A stretch of 64,000 bases of DNA, from contig NC_087436.1 in the NCBI RefSeq assembly GCF_036321535.1, positions 30,630,001-30,694,000 on the forward strand, in the 5' to 3' direction. Under the pieces are notes generated by a model. The model did not search any database, was not told the origin of the DNA, and saw nothing but the letters and a program-made list of their open reading frames with translations. This DNA is from Camelus dromedarius. Lineage: Eukaryota. How positions within the stretch are numbered: position 1 is the first letter of the stretch; each line of letters opens with the position of its first letter. The translations under genes and the position numbers were made by a program. Positions 63,292 to 64,000 of this stretch are shown piece by piece.

Positions 63292-63506
63292 GAGCACCAG
63301 AGAGCTTTCTCGCCCCTTCTGTCATGTGAGGACACAGGGAGAAGGCAGCTGTTTATGAACCAGAAAGTGAGTCCTCACCAGATACTGAATCTGACAGCAC
63401 CTTTATTTAGCCTTCCCAGCCTCCAGAACTGTAAGAAAAAAATGTTTCTTGTTGGAGCTACTCAGTCTGTGGTGGTTTGTTACAGCAATCTGAACGGATT
63501 AAGACA
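63292..63506 (+). mobile_element. MaLR LTR 3' half (MLT1A-like)
   Basis: catgtgaggacacagggagaaggcagc...cctcaccagatactgaatctg...ttcccagcctccagaactgtaaga...gaacggattaagaCA. Confidence 0.88.
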
Positions 63507-64000
63507 GCTATCAAACCTATCCTTCAGTTATTAGTATTAGATATGGGGTGCTACAGTTATAAAAGTTTAGTATTTTTAGTCTTTAAGATTGGCAAATGTT
63601 CAATCACGACTTTTAAAGAATACATTTAGCACAGTCATTGTAGAGTCTGTGTTCTATAATGCCATTATCTGGACTGTCTTTGAAACAGTTTTTATTTTCT
63701 CTTAGTTCTTCTATCATGTTGACTTATGACCTGGTATGCCTGATTATTTTACACTGAAAGACAGAAATTAAATATAAAATAATTTAGAAGGAATTTTGAG
63801 ACATTTGATGATCAGTTTATCTTTCTCCAGACAAAAATTTTTGCACTTGTCAAAGTTCCAGATATGTCAGCAATTCAGGATCACCTTTCACCAAATATAT
63901 ATATTTGAACCTAGGCTTGGCCTCATACTCTAACTCTTAAGGATAACAGCTTTGGAGTTTTAAGACATCTTCCACTCCTAGGAAGGTCCTGAATTCCAAT

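Noticed and set aside
1..64000. The six-frame ORFs as host genes
   Set aside because: All are short (191 aa or less), often low-complexity (F/L/I/Y-rich) or run through microsatellites and TEs. None resembles a cellular protein I recognise, and there is no consistent exon chain. The only recognisable peptides are L1 ORF2 and ERVL remnants.
1..64000. CRISPR array, operon or other prokaryotic/defence system
   Set aside because: The sequence is mammalian repeat-rich DNA, with no regularly spaced repeat-spacer array and no gene-dense region.

Overview
AT-rich, CpG-depleted mammalian genomic DNA. It is most likely camelid (alpaca/llama/camel), because it carries a short tRNA-Ala(AGC)-derived SINE of the Vic-1 type and lineage-type LINE-1 3' tails. 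I find no credible host protein-coding exon, functional RNA gene, CpG island or prokaryotic-type system (operon, CRISPR). The window reads as intergenic or deep intronic sequence, and much of it is transposon fossils. These include a degenerate but architecturally complete ERV-L-class provirus (about 4990-8607; LTR16/ERV3-16A3-like, with gag and dUTPase remnants) that has a MaLR LTR nested in its 3' LTR. There are also several MaLR/MLT2/ERV1 solo LTRs, hAT DNA transposons (MER3, MER20), many L1/L2/MIR/L3 fragments, an internally deleted L1 that keeps its 5' end, and a 5'-inverted (twin-primed) L1 with a younger L1 nested inside it. The ORF-track entries are spurious or L1/ERV remnants. The most interesting observations concern mutational or retrotransposition mechanism (template-switch scars, nesting, inversion), plus a few weak enhancer and cryptic-exon candidates. 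I cannot support a new biological system here. Repeat subfamily names come from recalled consensus sequences, not from a database search, and boundaries without a TSD are approximate.
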